From positions 2,604,001-2,668,000 of the forward strand of contig JAMWBK010000004.1 in NCBI GenBank assembly GCA_029953675.1: 64,000 nucleotides of DNA, given 5' to 3'. Shown piece by piece: positions 38,001-48,726 of this stretch. The first letter of the stretch is position 1, and the number at the start of each line of letters is the position of its first letter. Source of the DNA: Rhodosorus marinus CCMP1338. Lineage: Eukaryota; Plantae; Rhodophyta. The notes below the pieces were generated by a model. That model had not been told where the DNA came from. It ran no database searches and saw only the letters and a list, made by a program, of their open reading frames with translations. The position numbers and the translations under genes were made by a program.

Positions 38001-39221
38001 GGGTGGAGTGGAGACAAAAAAAGTCCAAAAAAAATCCAACACGAGGCCTGCTGTCAGTAAACATGTTCGCTACTGTGAGTGGTGGGGATGGTTGACGCAA
38101 AGACGTCCCAAATATTTTCGACAAGTTTGCGTTCTGGACCCGTTGAACCAGCACTCTGTGGAGAACCGACATCATGCAACGCGTTCCACTATGCACCCTA
38201 GATCAATTTCCGAACAATTGCCAAGGTCGAACACCTCAACGAACCTCGTTGGTGAAAGGACAAATAAACATCAGAGAAACAGAACAAGAAGTCTCTAAGC
38301 TATAATGCTGAACATCAACCCTCGGGAAGCGGAGTTGGATAGCTGGCAAGCTCAAAAGGGGAGCTATACCTTCTCCTGACTACACACGTCACGATCGGCC
38401 CTCACACCTTCCCACGAACTTTGTTGATGTAAATATTGATCCCTGATCGTGATGTATGTAGTCAGGTTACCCGTTGCACTTTAATAAACGGGTTTTTTTT
38501 TCATGAAACACAAAAACGCTGACCACTCCTTTGTCTTGCAACGCCGAATTACCGAGGACTGGAAGCTTGTCCCTGCCATAACGACGTTCCAGCCGGATAC
38601 GGCCAGGAGGTCCAACTGTACACCGCGATTGAATTTCGCTTCCGCTAGCGGTGCTATCGTCGGGTGCGTTTTCCGTACTCCCAAGCGTTGAAAGAGTTCG
38701 GTAAAGTTCTGGATCTCTTTCAGCTCCAGCACGTCTCCCCCAGATTGGTTCTCCTCCGGGTCTGCTCTCTGGCTGAGACTTTTCTCTACTTTCGCGCTAA
38801 TGTAGTACACCCTATAGGAACGTCCCTACTAGACTGATGAACGCTCAGCACGTTCAGATAGATGAAACCTTCCCTGTTTAGTTGAAGGAACATTGGCTGA
38901 CTGGTTGGCCCCAATCCTAGTATCATCGGCCAGTTTTCCTCGGCGGAGAATTATGTATCGAAAAACACGGATCGAAGAACGTGCTTTCGAGCTTTATCTT
39001 GGAGGGGATTTGGGGTAACTTGGAAGAGGGAGGGATGGTAGAAGGGGACATATAGGGGCAGTTGCACGATTAAGGCTTATGCGGAGAAGTGTGAGGCTGA
39101 AACGTGAATCATCAACATTGGACCTGTAGGAGAAACAGAGTTGTTTTGTTTACTTTGGACTGTTTTTAAAGTGTTTTCGAACAGGAGAGATGTAAGTGAG
39201 ATCTGACGTGGAATAAAACGG

Positions 39222-41627
39222 ATGTCAAGCTTCGAGGATGAGAATTCTATCTCCCTGAGCCTTTCTCTTGATGATTCTAAGCAAGGTCTCGAAGAAAGTC
39301 ATGTTCTGCAGACTGTGCAGGACCCGGAATCCGTTTCGATGGCGCAGGATGATGATACCTTAGAGCTGGATGAGGCGGACGATATTGATGCAGATAAGGA
39401 TGTCGCTGACGATGAGGCTATCATTGATCCATTTCTCATGGAAAAGGAGGATATTCCAGATGACGGATCAGGAGCAACTCCTTCGAAAGAAGCGATGTAC
39501 TCACCCGGGGAGTACTTCAAAAGCCGATCTGCTAGGCTCGAGCAGCCAGACTTCAACGAGGATGCTTTCTTCCCCCTCGAAAAGCCCAAGTTTGAATTCG
39601 ATTCACCTGCAAAACCTGTCAGAGAGGAGGAGTCACTTATCCTGCCGATAACGCGGCGGGATAGTCTGCTCGTGCCGAAGTGGTTGATGAGTAACGGGGC
39701 GATTCTCAGAACGATGACTAAGGGAGCATCTCAAACTTTTACCGTGCAAAACATATCCCAAGCCACTGTGACCATTTCTTTGAAGCTTAAGGGGGTAGAC
39801 GATGCCATGAACGGCATGGGAGTATTCCCGAAAGAAGCTGCAATTGAACCAGGAGCCGTGATAAATTTCACAGTTAGCATCCCAAAGGATGCGAAAATTG
39901 AATCACCTCTAGCGGGTGCACTACTGTTGGAAGCTCTAACCAGTGGAGAAACGAAAACGTTCAGCTTCAAGCTTGCCGCACTCTCGAGTGCCGCGGAGCC
40001 TCAACAATTGACAGGAGCTGTGTCTGATACTCCGTCGCTGACAAGAAGTGATGTTGAGACTGGAGAGGTCCTGGTGGATGTGGGAGGGAGCAGTGCTAGT
40101 GCTTCTCAAGCGACCAACAATAGAGGCGCCTCGCTAGATGAGTCTCTAGAGGATTCACGGGTGCAGAATGCAGTCTCTCAATCAATGGAATCTGATGAAT
40201 TGGATATCCAACCAAACGCAGTGGTTTTCGGGGGAGTACAAGACTGCGGGTGTGCGAGGATGCTTTACTTAAGGAACCCAACAGCTCTGTCCAGGATGAT
40301 CGATCTGAAGGTCACCGGGTCCGACACTGACAGGAGCATGTTTAGACTCGATGAGAGCGAAGTTTTAATCAAACGGAGCTCCGAGCACTCGGTTTTCGTG
40401 CGTGCCATTCCGCCAAGCACCGGAGCTGGCCCGGCGCAGGCTTCGGCTTACCTCACTGTTCTGGAGAAAGGAACTCCTCTGGGATCGATACTCCTGGACG
40501 CGTATTTCGGGCGCTCGATGCTTTCTTTTGAAAGCATCTCCAAGAGTAGTAAGAAGCAGAAGTCTTTCCATCTGAATTTATTCAATTCTGGTGTGAGGTG
40601 CGCATACGTGATACCAATGCTCTTGGGAAACGCGACAGTGGAGTCGTCGGACAGAGTAGCAACTAAAGGGTTTGTGCTCCTTAGCAAGCAACGCGAAAGG
40701 ATTCTCGTTGAGTTCAAGGACTTTGTCCCAAAAGAACTAACTTTACACTGGGGTGATGAGATCTGCAGAAGGAGAAGGAGAGCTAGTCGTAGTATGCGGA
40801 CAGAGGCCGATCGATTTGATGCTGTCCTACACGGAGAAGATACCTTTGATGACGTAGAGGGTGAATCCAGGGTTCCTCGCGCGGAAGATGAGATGACCTT
40901 CGTGAAACAGAAGCAAGTTTTATTGCTACCGCTGCCTCAGGAGGATGAGGAGGACCCGCTGCCAGAATTGAACTTGTTGAATCTTAGTGGGAGGGTGCAC
41001 AGATGTCTTGACATTGCGGAAACCGGCCTGGGTTTTCCGAGGACAGGGTTTGGGGAATCGTCTGGCGGTGCTGTTTGGATTATGAACAAATCTGCCTCAA
41101 CCATTAATTGGGACATTGTGTTCTGCCCTCCTTTGATACTGGCAGCCAGTACAAAAGGAACAATTCGAAGCGGCCGAGGAAAGCCACTGTCATTCATTTT
41201 TAGACCCGACACTACCGACGTTGAGTCGGTAATGGCAGAACTTGGAGACGTTGTCCTACGTTGCGGGAGGGAGCGGTACACAATTCCTTGCAGAATAGTA
41301 TCAGACTGGGAGGTTGGTCAAACTAGGGGCAGACCAGAGCTTACATTCGGGGTGAACAGGCTCATATTCTCGGGCCAAGCATCGCATATAAAAGTACAAC
41401 TCTGCAACAGAAGTACTAGAGCGATAACAGCGGCTGTGGCCGAGGTTCCAGCTCCATACTCAGTTTCTGTGAAGATTCTGCGGTTGCCTCCTAGGTCTTA
41501 TGTAAGAATTCCGGTTACCTGTTCCCGTTCAGAAGTCATGGGTTTAGGATCCGTGCACAACCTGGCCGTCATTGGCAGCGCCGGCTGCTCTACGTCTGTC
41601 AAGCTCGTTCATCTGGATGATACCTAG
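39222..41627 (+). CDS. CEP192: CEP192/SPD-2-like protein (acidic N-terminus plus tandem ASH/PapD-like domains)
   Basis: 801-aa intronless ORF. Ordered motifs match the human CEP192 C-terminal region as recalled: VVFGGV..YLRN, LDAYFGRS, NSGVRCAYV, WGDEICRR, FPRTGFGES, VQLCNRS..PYSV..RSYVRIPV. Confidence 0.72.
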   Translation: MSSFEDENSISLSLSLDDSKQGLEESHVLQTVQDPESVSMAQDDDTLELDEADDIDADKDVADDEAIIDPFLMEKEDIPDDGSGATPSKEAMYSPGEYFKSRSARLEQPDFNEDAFFPLEKPKFEFDSPAKPVREEESLILPITRRDSLLVPKWLMSNGAILRTMTKGASQTFTVQNISQATVTISLKLKGVDDAMNGMGVFPKEAAIEPGAVINFTVSIPKDAKIESPLAGALLLEALTSGETKTFSFKLAALSSAAEPQQLTGAVSDTPSLTRSDVETGEVLVDVGGSSASASQATNNRGASLDESLEDSRVQNAVSQSMESDELDIQPNAVVFGGVQDCGCARMLYLRNPTALSRMIDLKVTGSDTDRSMFRLDESEVLIKRSSEHSVFVRAIPPSTGAGPAQASAYLTVLEKGTPLGSILLDAYFGRSMLSFESISKSSKKQKSFHLNLFNSGVRCAYVIPMLLGNATVESSDRVATKGFVLLSKQRERILVEFKDFVPKELTLHWGDEICRRRRRASRSMRTEADRFDAVLHGEDTFDDVEGESRVPRAEDEMTFVKQKQVLLLPLPQEDEEDPLPELNLLNLSGRVHRCLDIAETGLGFPRTGFGESSGGAVWIMNKSASTINWDIVFCPPLILAASTKGTIRSGRGKPLSFIFRPDTTDVESVMAELGDVVLRCGRERYTIPCRIVSDWEVGQTRGRPELTFGVNRLIFSGQASHIKVQLCNRSTRAITAAVAEVPAPYSVSVKILRLPPRSYVRIPVTCSRSEVMGLGSVHNLAVIGSAGCSTSVKLVHLDDT

Positions 41628-41762
41628 TAGTAATTCATACTGGCGTTTGTACTTTAACTTTGGATAGCGCACTAACATCTGTACATAAGCTCACATGGCT
41701 GATCTGGTTTCGGTTCAAAATATTCCAAATCATCTTGGTGAGAATTTTTCTAAAACCGGAAA

Positions 41763-42455
41763 TTAAAGACTTGCGAAGTCCACGCTCTTCAAAATCTGCA
41801 ACATCGAAGATAAAAACCGTCCATCGACCTCGTATGCCACCCAGACCAGGGCTCGGAGGACATCCCGAGTGCGCTTTAAAGTCGATTCTTGGGAAACTGA
41901 TGATTGCGTTGAGTATAGATCGCTGGCGAGGTACGAGCTACTGATTCCTCTCGATCCGAGCACGATCTGTCCGACTAATCTCGCTCTATGAAGATGGTAC
42001 GAGGACGTAATTACCTGGACGTAGCGTATGTTTCGCCGCTTCAGCTCGTCAACCAAGGTCGAATAATTTGTCAGCGTATCCACGGCACGCCTGTCCACAA
42101 CAACTAGGTCCCTTACACCGTCAAACAGTGTATCGTTCAATCTGAAGCTCCCGGAGGACACAAAGGTCAGTCGCGGACGGCTCTTCAACAGAGAGACCGC
42201 GAAGGATTCCCTCGACGGCTCCCCTCCAAGCACAAGGTTCGCGTCCACATCCTCCCCAATTCTTCTCCCCTCATGTGCCCTGTACCAAGCCCGGCACAAT
42301 CCGAAACACAGTCTCAAAGCTCCAACAGAGAAAAAAAGGCCTACGAAGAAGACCAAGAGGACAGCCAATTCCATCGAAGCCTTCGACCGATTCCGCATGT
42401 TCCAGCACGGGTCAGTGCATCTGCGATTCCATATGACTCCGAACGTTTCTTCCAA
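41763..42455 (-). CDS. DUF218/YdcF-family membrane-anchored protein
   Basis: N-terminal hydrophobic helix; DTLTNY, VITSSYHLHRAR and RDVLRAL motifs typical of cyanobacterial-type DUF218. Confidence 0.72.
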   Translation of the reverse strand: MEETFGVIWNRRCTDPCWNMRNRSKASMELAVLLVFFVGLFFSVGALRLCFGLCRAWYRAHEGRRIGEDVDANLVLGGEPSRESFAVSLLKSRPRLTFVSSGSFRLNDTLFDGVRDLVVVDRRAVDTLTNYSTLVDELKRRNIRYVQVITSSYHLHRARLVGQIVLGSRGISSSYLASDLYSTQSSVSQESTLKRTRDVLRALVWVAYEVDGRFLSSMLQILKSVDFASL

Positions 42456-42851
42456 ACCCTTTAGTTTTCACCAGCACGAGCTTGCTCTCAACGCCTCCGT
42501 CAGGGGCAGGTGAGCTAACTGTATTCCATCACAAAAATGACAAGTACAGGAACAACAGATGCAAGGAGCAAACACGTCTACAAAGTCAACATCTCCGTGC
42601 CCCTCCCTCCCCCCCCCCCACGAAATCCGGAGTAGGATGGTGAGAACGGTCAAGGACCTCAACGCTCTTTTCTGCTGGAAATACCGGAGGATGGTGACAT
42701 TTCTATGTACGGACAGAAGCTCACGTTTTATTTCTTAAATAATAATCTTAGTATACATCTGTTGGATTTATCCTGGGAGGGACTTGGTGGCTGGGAATGT
42801 TCCTGGCGCGGGGCGAAGCAGACTTTTGGGGGCTATATGGACGGTGTCAAC

Positions 42852-44537
42852 TTAGTCGCGTAGTGCGTGAGCTAGTACGTCTTGAACCTCATGTCGCTCA
42901 TCCACTCCCAAATCTTCTTCTCCACCCCTGACAGTCCTTGCGTTTTCGAAAAGTTCAGATAGACGTCTCGAGGCTTCTTGAATACCACGTCCGGATATGA
43001 ATCCTCCGTTTTCGATCTTGCAGAGGGAGTCCACCAGCGTGATTCGGACTAGTCTTGGGATACCTGTCCCGCATTTTCTAACCATTTCGACTATTGTTCT
43101 GCGCAGAGAGCTGGTATTGTTGCGGTCTGTATGGGCGCGGACCAGGGGTAGGTACGTCTGAAAGTTCGGGTTTTTCGTCTCCGCAACAAGGTTTTCTGCT
43201 GTCTTGAGATGCTCCGTACTACCGCTGTTTGCATATGCCGCGATGAGCAGGTTGCGATGAACCATGGTCGGATCAAAACCATACTTCCTTGCAAGCGACC
43301 GATAGACTTCTGAAGCTTGCTCCGCTTCTCCAGCGGCAGCTAGAGTTTGCATTAACATGCCAGCAGTGATCTCGCTCGGTTTAACACCCTTTTCTAGCAT
43401 TTCCTGAACGATGCGCTCCACTTCGCTTGTATCCCCTGCCTTGGACGGACCAATGAGCAGACAGTTGTAGAGGGAAACGTTTGGTTCGATTCCGGATTTC
43501 AACATTTTCTCGAAAACTTCACGTGCAGACTGATATTCCCCAGCCCTACTATGAGCGACGACCAGAGTACTGAAAGAGTATTGAGTGGGCTCAATACCGA
43601 AGATTTCTAGTAGTTCACGATGGCGCTTCAAAGCATACTTCGGTTTTCTCCCGCGCGTGTACGCACTCACAACCCTGTTTAGACACCGTTCATCGGGCCT
43701 GATGTTCAGCTCTGACATTCGTTTCAAAACCCGCTCTGCTGCCTCGTAATCCGCGTCCCTGTCCATCAGCTTCAGAAGCATGTCGAAGTGGACACATGTT
43801 AATTGCCGACCTTCCTTGAACATCCTGCCCAAAGTGCGCTGGAGACCACTCCTGTTCCTAGCCTGCAAGTACGCATAGGCTAGATAGTGGAACTCAGAAT
43901 CGAGGACACTCTTCCGTTCTGCCAACAATTTCCCCAGGAGCAACTCTGACGCACGATAGTCTCCTTTTCGAGAAGAAGAAAACAGGGCTTCCCTCAACGC
44001 TCTAAGTTTCGTCGATCCTTGCGGACGACTTCTCTTCGTTTTCACTCTCTGCTTTAGCTTCACACCATCCTCTGGGTGTCCTCGAAGGTTACCTTGGATA
44101 CTCTTCTTACATGCGGATGCCTCCTTCCATAGATCTCTTGCCTCACCTAGTCTGCCTTGTCCTTCCAACCGATTGCACACAAGCCGAACCGTTTCATGCC
44201 CTATATCCACCTTTCCGTTCAAGGATTGCTGCACTACACGCCTAGCTTCTTCGACCTTTTCATTTCCATTGTTCAGCAGCTCGACGATCAAGAACTTTGC
44301 GACATTCTTATCCAGCGCGATCCCTTGCCTCTCGAGAAATCTCGTCACGCCAACTCCACCCCGCAACGCTTTCCTAATAATCCGAGAGCCTTCAAGATTC
44401 ATATCTACAGTGAAGAAGGTAGACCAAAGTACAGCTGGCTGAGATTCCTTCCCGAACCTTCGCCGTTCGAGCAGTAGCCTGCTTCTTCCCGACCCAAGCG
44501 CTTCTACCCCAATGCTTTCAAGACCATAACTAGCCAA
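42852..44537 (-). CDS. Pentatricopeptide repeat (PPR) protein, N-terminus unresolved
   Basis: Tandem 35-aa repeats (PDERCLNRVVSAY, PTQYSFSTLVVAH, PNVSLYNCLLIG, PSEITAGMLMQT, PTMVHRNLLIAAY). Confidence 0.87.
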   Translation of the reverse strand: MASYGLESIGVEALGSGRSRLLLERRRFGKESQPAVLWSTFFTVDMNLEGSRIIRKALRGGVGVTRFLERQGIALDKNVAKFLIVELLNNGNEKVEEARRVVQQSLNGKVDIGHETVRLVCNRLEGQGRLGEARDLWKEASACKKSIQGNLRGHPEDGVKLKQRVKTKRSRPQGSTKLRALREALFSSSRKGDYRASELLLGKLLAERKSVLDSEFHYLAYAYLQARNRSGLQRTLGRMFKEGRQLTCVHFDMLLKLMDRDADYEAAERVLKRMSELNIRPDERCLNRVVSAYTRGRKPKYALKRHRELLEIFGIEPTQYSFSTLVVAHSRAGEYQSAREVFEKMLKSGIEPNVSLYNCLLIGPSKAGDTSEVERIVQEMLEKGVKPSEITAGMLMQTLAAAGEAEQASEVYRSLARKYGFDPTMVHRNLLIAAYANSGSTEHLKTAENLVAETKNPNFQTYLPLVRAHTDRNNTSSLRRTIVEMVRKCGTGIPRLVRITLVDSLCKIENGGFISGRGIQEASRRLSELFENARTVRGGEEDLGVDERHEVQDVLAHALRD

Positions 44538-44698
44538 GATGCTTCTGCTTTGCTCTGATCACGCCAATGTGTCAGATGAGATTGGCATCCTCGCGGAACA
44601 GTTTGGCTGTATTCGTTCCATCTTCCAAGGCAAGGGACATTGCGTGCCAAGCTTGCCCACCTCCACTCTCCATCTCTTCCCATCTCCTTTGGCCATGT

Positions 44699-44960
44699 CG
44701 ACGCGTGAGGAAACCGGGTTTCCTTTTTTGAATATTGGCCGTTTTCTTTGGCCAAACGAACGACGTGAGAATCCTGGGTTTCTGTTTGGGAACATTGACC
44801 GCATGCCCTGGCTCGAGAAACGACGTGAGAAAGCCGGGTTTCTGTTTTGGTACATTGGCCGTTTGCCTTGGCCCGAGAAACGACGCGATGATGTAGCGTT
44901 CTTGTTATGGATCATTGGCCGTTTGGTTTGGCCCGAAGAACGAGACGAATATGTTTGGGC
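44699..44960. repeat. Degenerate 60-bp tandem repeat, 4-5 copies
   Basis: Units start near 44699, 44761, 44821, 44881 and 44941; on the minus strand they encode a 20-aa repeat (SRRFSGQGKRPMYQNRNPAF) in the PPR frame. Confidence 0.85.
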
Positions 44961-45427
44961 GTTTCTGATTTGAAACGCTGAACTATTTTTCCTTTTCCGA
45001 AAGCTGAAGAGGACAGGTTTCCGTTTTCAACTTGTGTGCTTCATGTGGCCTCCGGTGAGCCTAACGTAACAACCATCCTCTGCTGAATTGGTCAACTTCT
45101 AGCCTTTGATGCCTGGACTGCCCCGCTCATCCTCTTCTTCGAGTTTGAGGGTAAGCTATTAAGATTTCCGCGCCCGATACTGGACTTTCAGCTCTGGCAA
45201 AAACAGCCTTGACTTGTAGACGATTCGATTCCACCGGGTTTAGCTTTCACTTTTGAAACATAATAAAATATTACGGTACACTCTTCTCCGTTTCAGGAGT
45301 CGTATGACTGTGTAGTACACGACCGTTCTCTGTTACCTCACTGCGCGAGTAGAAAGTTTGCCATCGTTCAGGAGTGGGAACAGAAGATACCTGAGATATG
45401 TTTGGTATCATGCGCGCCCAGCATCTC

Positions 45428-46903
45428 TTACCATTCCTCGGGCCAGCTCCAGGTCGGGCCCGTGTAGTCGGCCTTGATCTTACTGGGGGGTTTCTTTGAA
45501 AACAAGGAATAGGCTATGTTTGAGCATCCTTTTCTTGCATACGGGTTCTCTCCGGCTTGAGTGTACGTGCCCTTGAACTGTTGGATAAAACATAGCAATA
45601 TTTTCAGTCTCAGCCTCTGGCTATCATAATTAGAACGCCAGCCCTTGCTGTACAGAATCCCTACCTTCTCTGATGTCGAATTGTTTATGTACATAAGATG
45701 CAAGTGGAAAAACGTTAAGAACCCTGTAAAGGCACCAGCCAGGATCGCCAGGAGCATCACTGGAATCAGCGACTTTGTACAGGTGATACAATGCGAGAGT
45801 GCTTAGGTTAGAAAAGGATCACACAGCTGCTTGAGAGCCCAATGAAAAGCATTTTTTTGGGCCAATTTACCCATGCGCCGCTATTGTTGAAAGAGGCTAG
45901 AGTGGCTTGGCCGGCATCCAAGCCATCGTCAAGTTGGTACACGACTGCTTTCCATATAATGCTTAACAGCGACGTTCCGATAACTACGACGCACATAGTC
46001 GCGCTAATTGACACAAACGAGAAGTACAGGCGATAGTTCCTGCGGCCTGCATGCCATGCCAACGGAACCATCATCCACGGGAAAGTCAGAGCGCTGTTGA
46101 CCACTTTTCCAATCCAGAGGGCTCATTTGAGCATGAGTAGGCAGCTAACGGAATTCTCACCGACGCAGTTCGAGAGGTACGGACAGTGATGGTCGAACTT
46201 CTCTACACAGTTGTTACAGATTGAACAATGCGATGCTCTCGGAGGCCGCCATATTTTGCATGTTTCTGTTCGTTTGAGTTGGAGAGCACAAAGTCAGAAT
46301 ACAGGTCTACGGAAGCTCTCCGAGAATCAGTGATTTCATAGTCGCGATTACGAGGAGGAGTGAGATCAAATGCAGCGGAATCCCAGCCGCTGGACGCTCT
46401 TAAATCAACCAAACGAAATTAGATATCCCTGTTCTCATCATACCACAGTATTTCATCTTCAAGGATACTCCATTAACTTGAATAGTTCGGTTTTCCATGT
46501 AAACATCCTCGTCACGGTCCTCCACTTCCTCGCCACGCGGGATAATCCCGGGATCACTCGAATAAGCGAGAATCAGCGTTGTCATACTCGCGATCACGAG
46601 GAGGAGTGAGATCACAAGAAGCGGAATCCCAGCCGCTGGACGCTCTTGAATCAACCAAATGAAACTAGTTTCATTATTGCAAGCCAGAGAAAGCACTCTG
46701 AGTCAGCTCCGTTGTCTTCTGGGGAACAAGCACTTGCAGCCTCGTACTTACGCCGCGGGAAAGTACAGGGCGCTAGCCACGAGGATTGTGATGAGCAGGA
46801 GGATTCCATTCCAGTAGTCGGGGCCTGTGATCCATCTACCGTTCAACCAGAACTTATTGTTCCCCTGGAAAACCTGCTTTTTGTACCTACCGCGTGTTCC
46901 CAT
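45428..46903 (-). CDS. DHHC palmitoyl acyltransferase (ERF2/ZDHHC9-like) with an apparent 1-nt frameshift in exon 1
   Basis: Exons 46903-46752, 46664-46444, 46265-46161, 46046 to about 45871, 45772-45665, 45577-45428. [51 protein letters not shown]. Confidence 0.85.
46321..46422 (-). pseudogene. Degenerate duplicate (pseudo-exon) of the 5' part of DHHC exon 2, inside intron 2
   Basis: Colinear with 46567-46668; acceptor TAG changed to TAA and codon CAA changed to TAA. Confidence 0.85.
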
Positions 46904-47760
46904 TCGAACGTTCCCGCTCAATCCTCAAACTCGCTCAAGAAGAACAACCCCCGGCAACCTCACCGTCCACTCTACACAGCCAAAACTGCCTTTGATGCTC
47001 TTGAACCACTCCCTCCGAAGCAAAAAACACACGGTGAAACAGCAAGCACACAAAAAGCAGCACAACCGAAAATCCAGCTCCAAAGAAGAATTACATATAT
47101 GTATTCCCGTGAAGCAACTTCTCCACCTACACCAAAAACCCAACCCCTCAAAAAACCAAACACAAAAAAAAAAAACAACCCAAGCTCAAAATAAAAACTA
47201 TTGCAACAACCTCCTCCTCTTCAGGCTCCCACAATCAACCTCCATCCGTCAAGGAATTGCGCTTTTTCCTTTCTTCATCAACCAAAAAGGAGGGTCTGTC
47301 TGCTACCAAAAAAAAACACGAAACACTGATCACCTTCCCGAAAAAGCTAAAAAAAGAGCTTTGCCCCTCAGTAACCCCTCCCCCAAACCCTTGTCGGACC
47401 GGAAACCATCCCCGTCACATTCTCACCAACGTCAGTCAACGCAAAGCTAAGCGTACAGAAAAACGGTTCTATCCCCTATGAAACCAAGTCATAAATTCGG
47501 ATTCGTTGGAAACAATAATAACAAAAGCTTTATGATCCTTGGTTTCGTGTTTTTCATGTGACCCCTGTTTGTGACCAAATTTTCTTTTCCGTTTTCGACA
47601 TTGAAATCTTTTTTTTGTGCTGATTTGGTGGATTTTTTTTTTTGAGGGTTTGCTGAGTAGCTGGTGAAGCCATTGATGATGACTGGGTGGAAGGTTTTGG
47701 GTCGCTAACGCTCTACAGATCCGCTTATCGGTTTCATGTTCAGCAAAACTTCGTCAGAGG

Positions 47761-47944
47761 AACGGTGAGCATGCTAAGTAGTGTTCGCGATATCCCTAGC
47801 TCAAACCGAATTTCCAGGTCCAGACGAGCCAGGGAACGGGCCAAGGAACATGGCCGTTGATGATGCAATTGGGAATAAAAATTTCGGGAATACAAGCCCT
47901 GGAGGTAACACAGGAGCGATTGCTGCTTGTGGCGTGAAGAGGGT
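47761..47944 (+). ncRNA. Candidate structured ncRNA, copy 1
   Basis: Diverged direct repeat of 48131-48312; differences preserve five helices (one compensatory change, several G-U-consistent changes). Confidence 0.5.
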
Positions 47945-48130
47945 GTATTCTACATACACCGAAAAAGTGGACAGAACCACCAACCTCTCGCTCTCAAACT
48001 CAACTGTTCTCTCCGCGATCTCGAGATCGACGATGCTCTTGAATCCGCAACCTGTGAACAAGGCTCATAGCGACACTGAAGTTCTACAGAACCGCTCCAT
48101 GCTTAATGCTCTGCGACAAGCCATCAGATA

Positions 48131-48312
48131 AACGATGAGCGTGCTAAGTAGCACTCGCCATGTCCACGACTCAAACCAAATCTCCAGGCCCTTACGGGCC
48201 AGGGAACGGGCAAGGGAACATGGCCGTTGATGTCTAAGTGGGAATAAATTTCCGGAATACAAGCCCTGGAGGTCACACAGGAGCGATTGTTACTTGGTGG
48301 CGTGAAGAGGGT
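48131..48312 (+). ncRNA. Candidate structured ncRNA, copy 2
   Basis: Same fold as copy 1; the plus-strand frame that is open in copy 1 is broken here by a stop and indels. Confidence 0.5.
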
Positions 48313-48726
48313 CGTTTTCTCCCTCGAGGAGTGTTCTTCAAAATGGATAAGACAGCTTGTTGGGGGACGAGAAGGACTAGTTGAGGTTTGGGTGGGAGCG
48401 ATAGGACCTGGCGTTGGAGCAACTTGTTAAGGACAAGTGAAGTTATATTCTAGTTATATACTATGGTGATGGAGGTTGGAATATTCATCGAATTGGTCTA
48501 GGGTGTGATTTTCCCGACAGGAATGAGGAGAAAGCTGTGTTCGGGGTCGAAAACGAAGGGACTATGATTTAACTTGTTGAGGTTTCCGCGGGTGAAGTTG
48601 GCTGAGTGTTCGGGATTTTCTTTGGTCGTGGTTGCGCTGTTGTGTTGACGGGGTGAACTGCTTTGTTTTGTTTTAGCAGGCCCCCCTGGTTGGTCTTGTT
48701 GATTGTTTGGGGAGGTGTGAAGAGAG

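Noticed and set aside
36590-38810. Several ORFs, including a CTC string suggesting a SWIM finger and the 38481-38810 frame
   Set aside because: A gene may exist (G-rich leader at 37230-37500), but no frame or domain could be supported; the SWIM CxH half is missing.
47668-47682. GCCATTGATGAT resembling the U3 box C context
   Set aside because: U3 boxes A, C', B and D are not present in the required order.
47828-47850. GCCAGGGAACGGGCCAAGG similar to pieces of LSU rRNA and SRP helix 8
   Set aside because: Match is under 15 nt and flanks do not continue; the SRP GNRA stem is absent.
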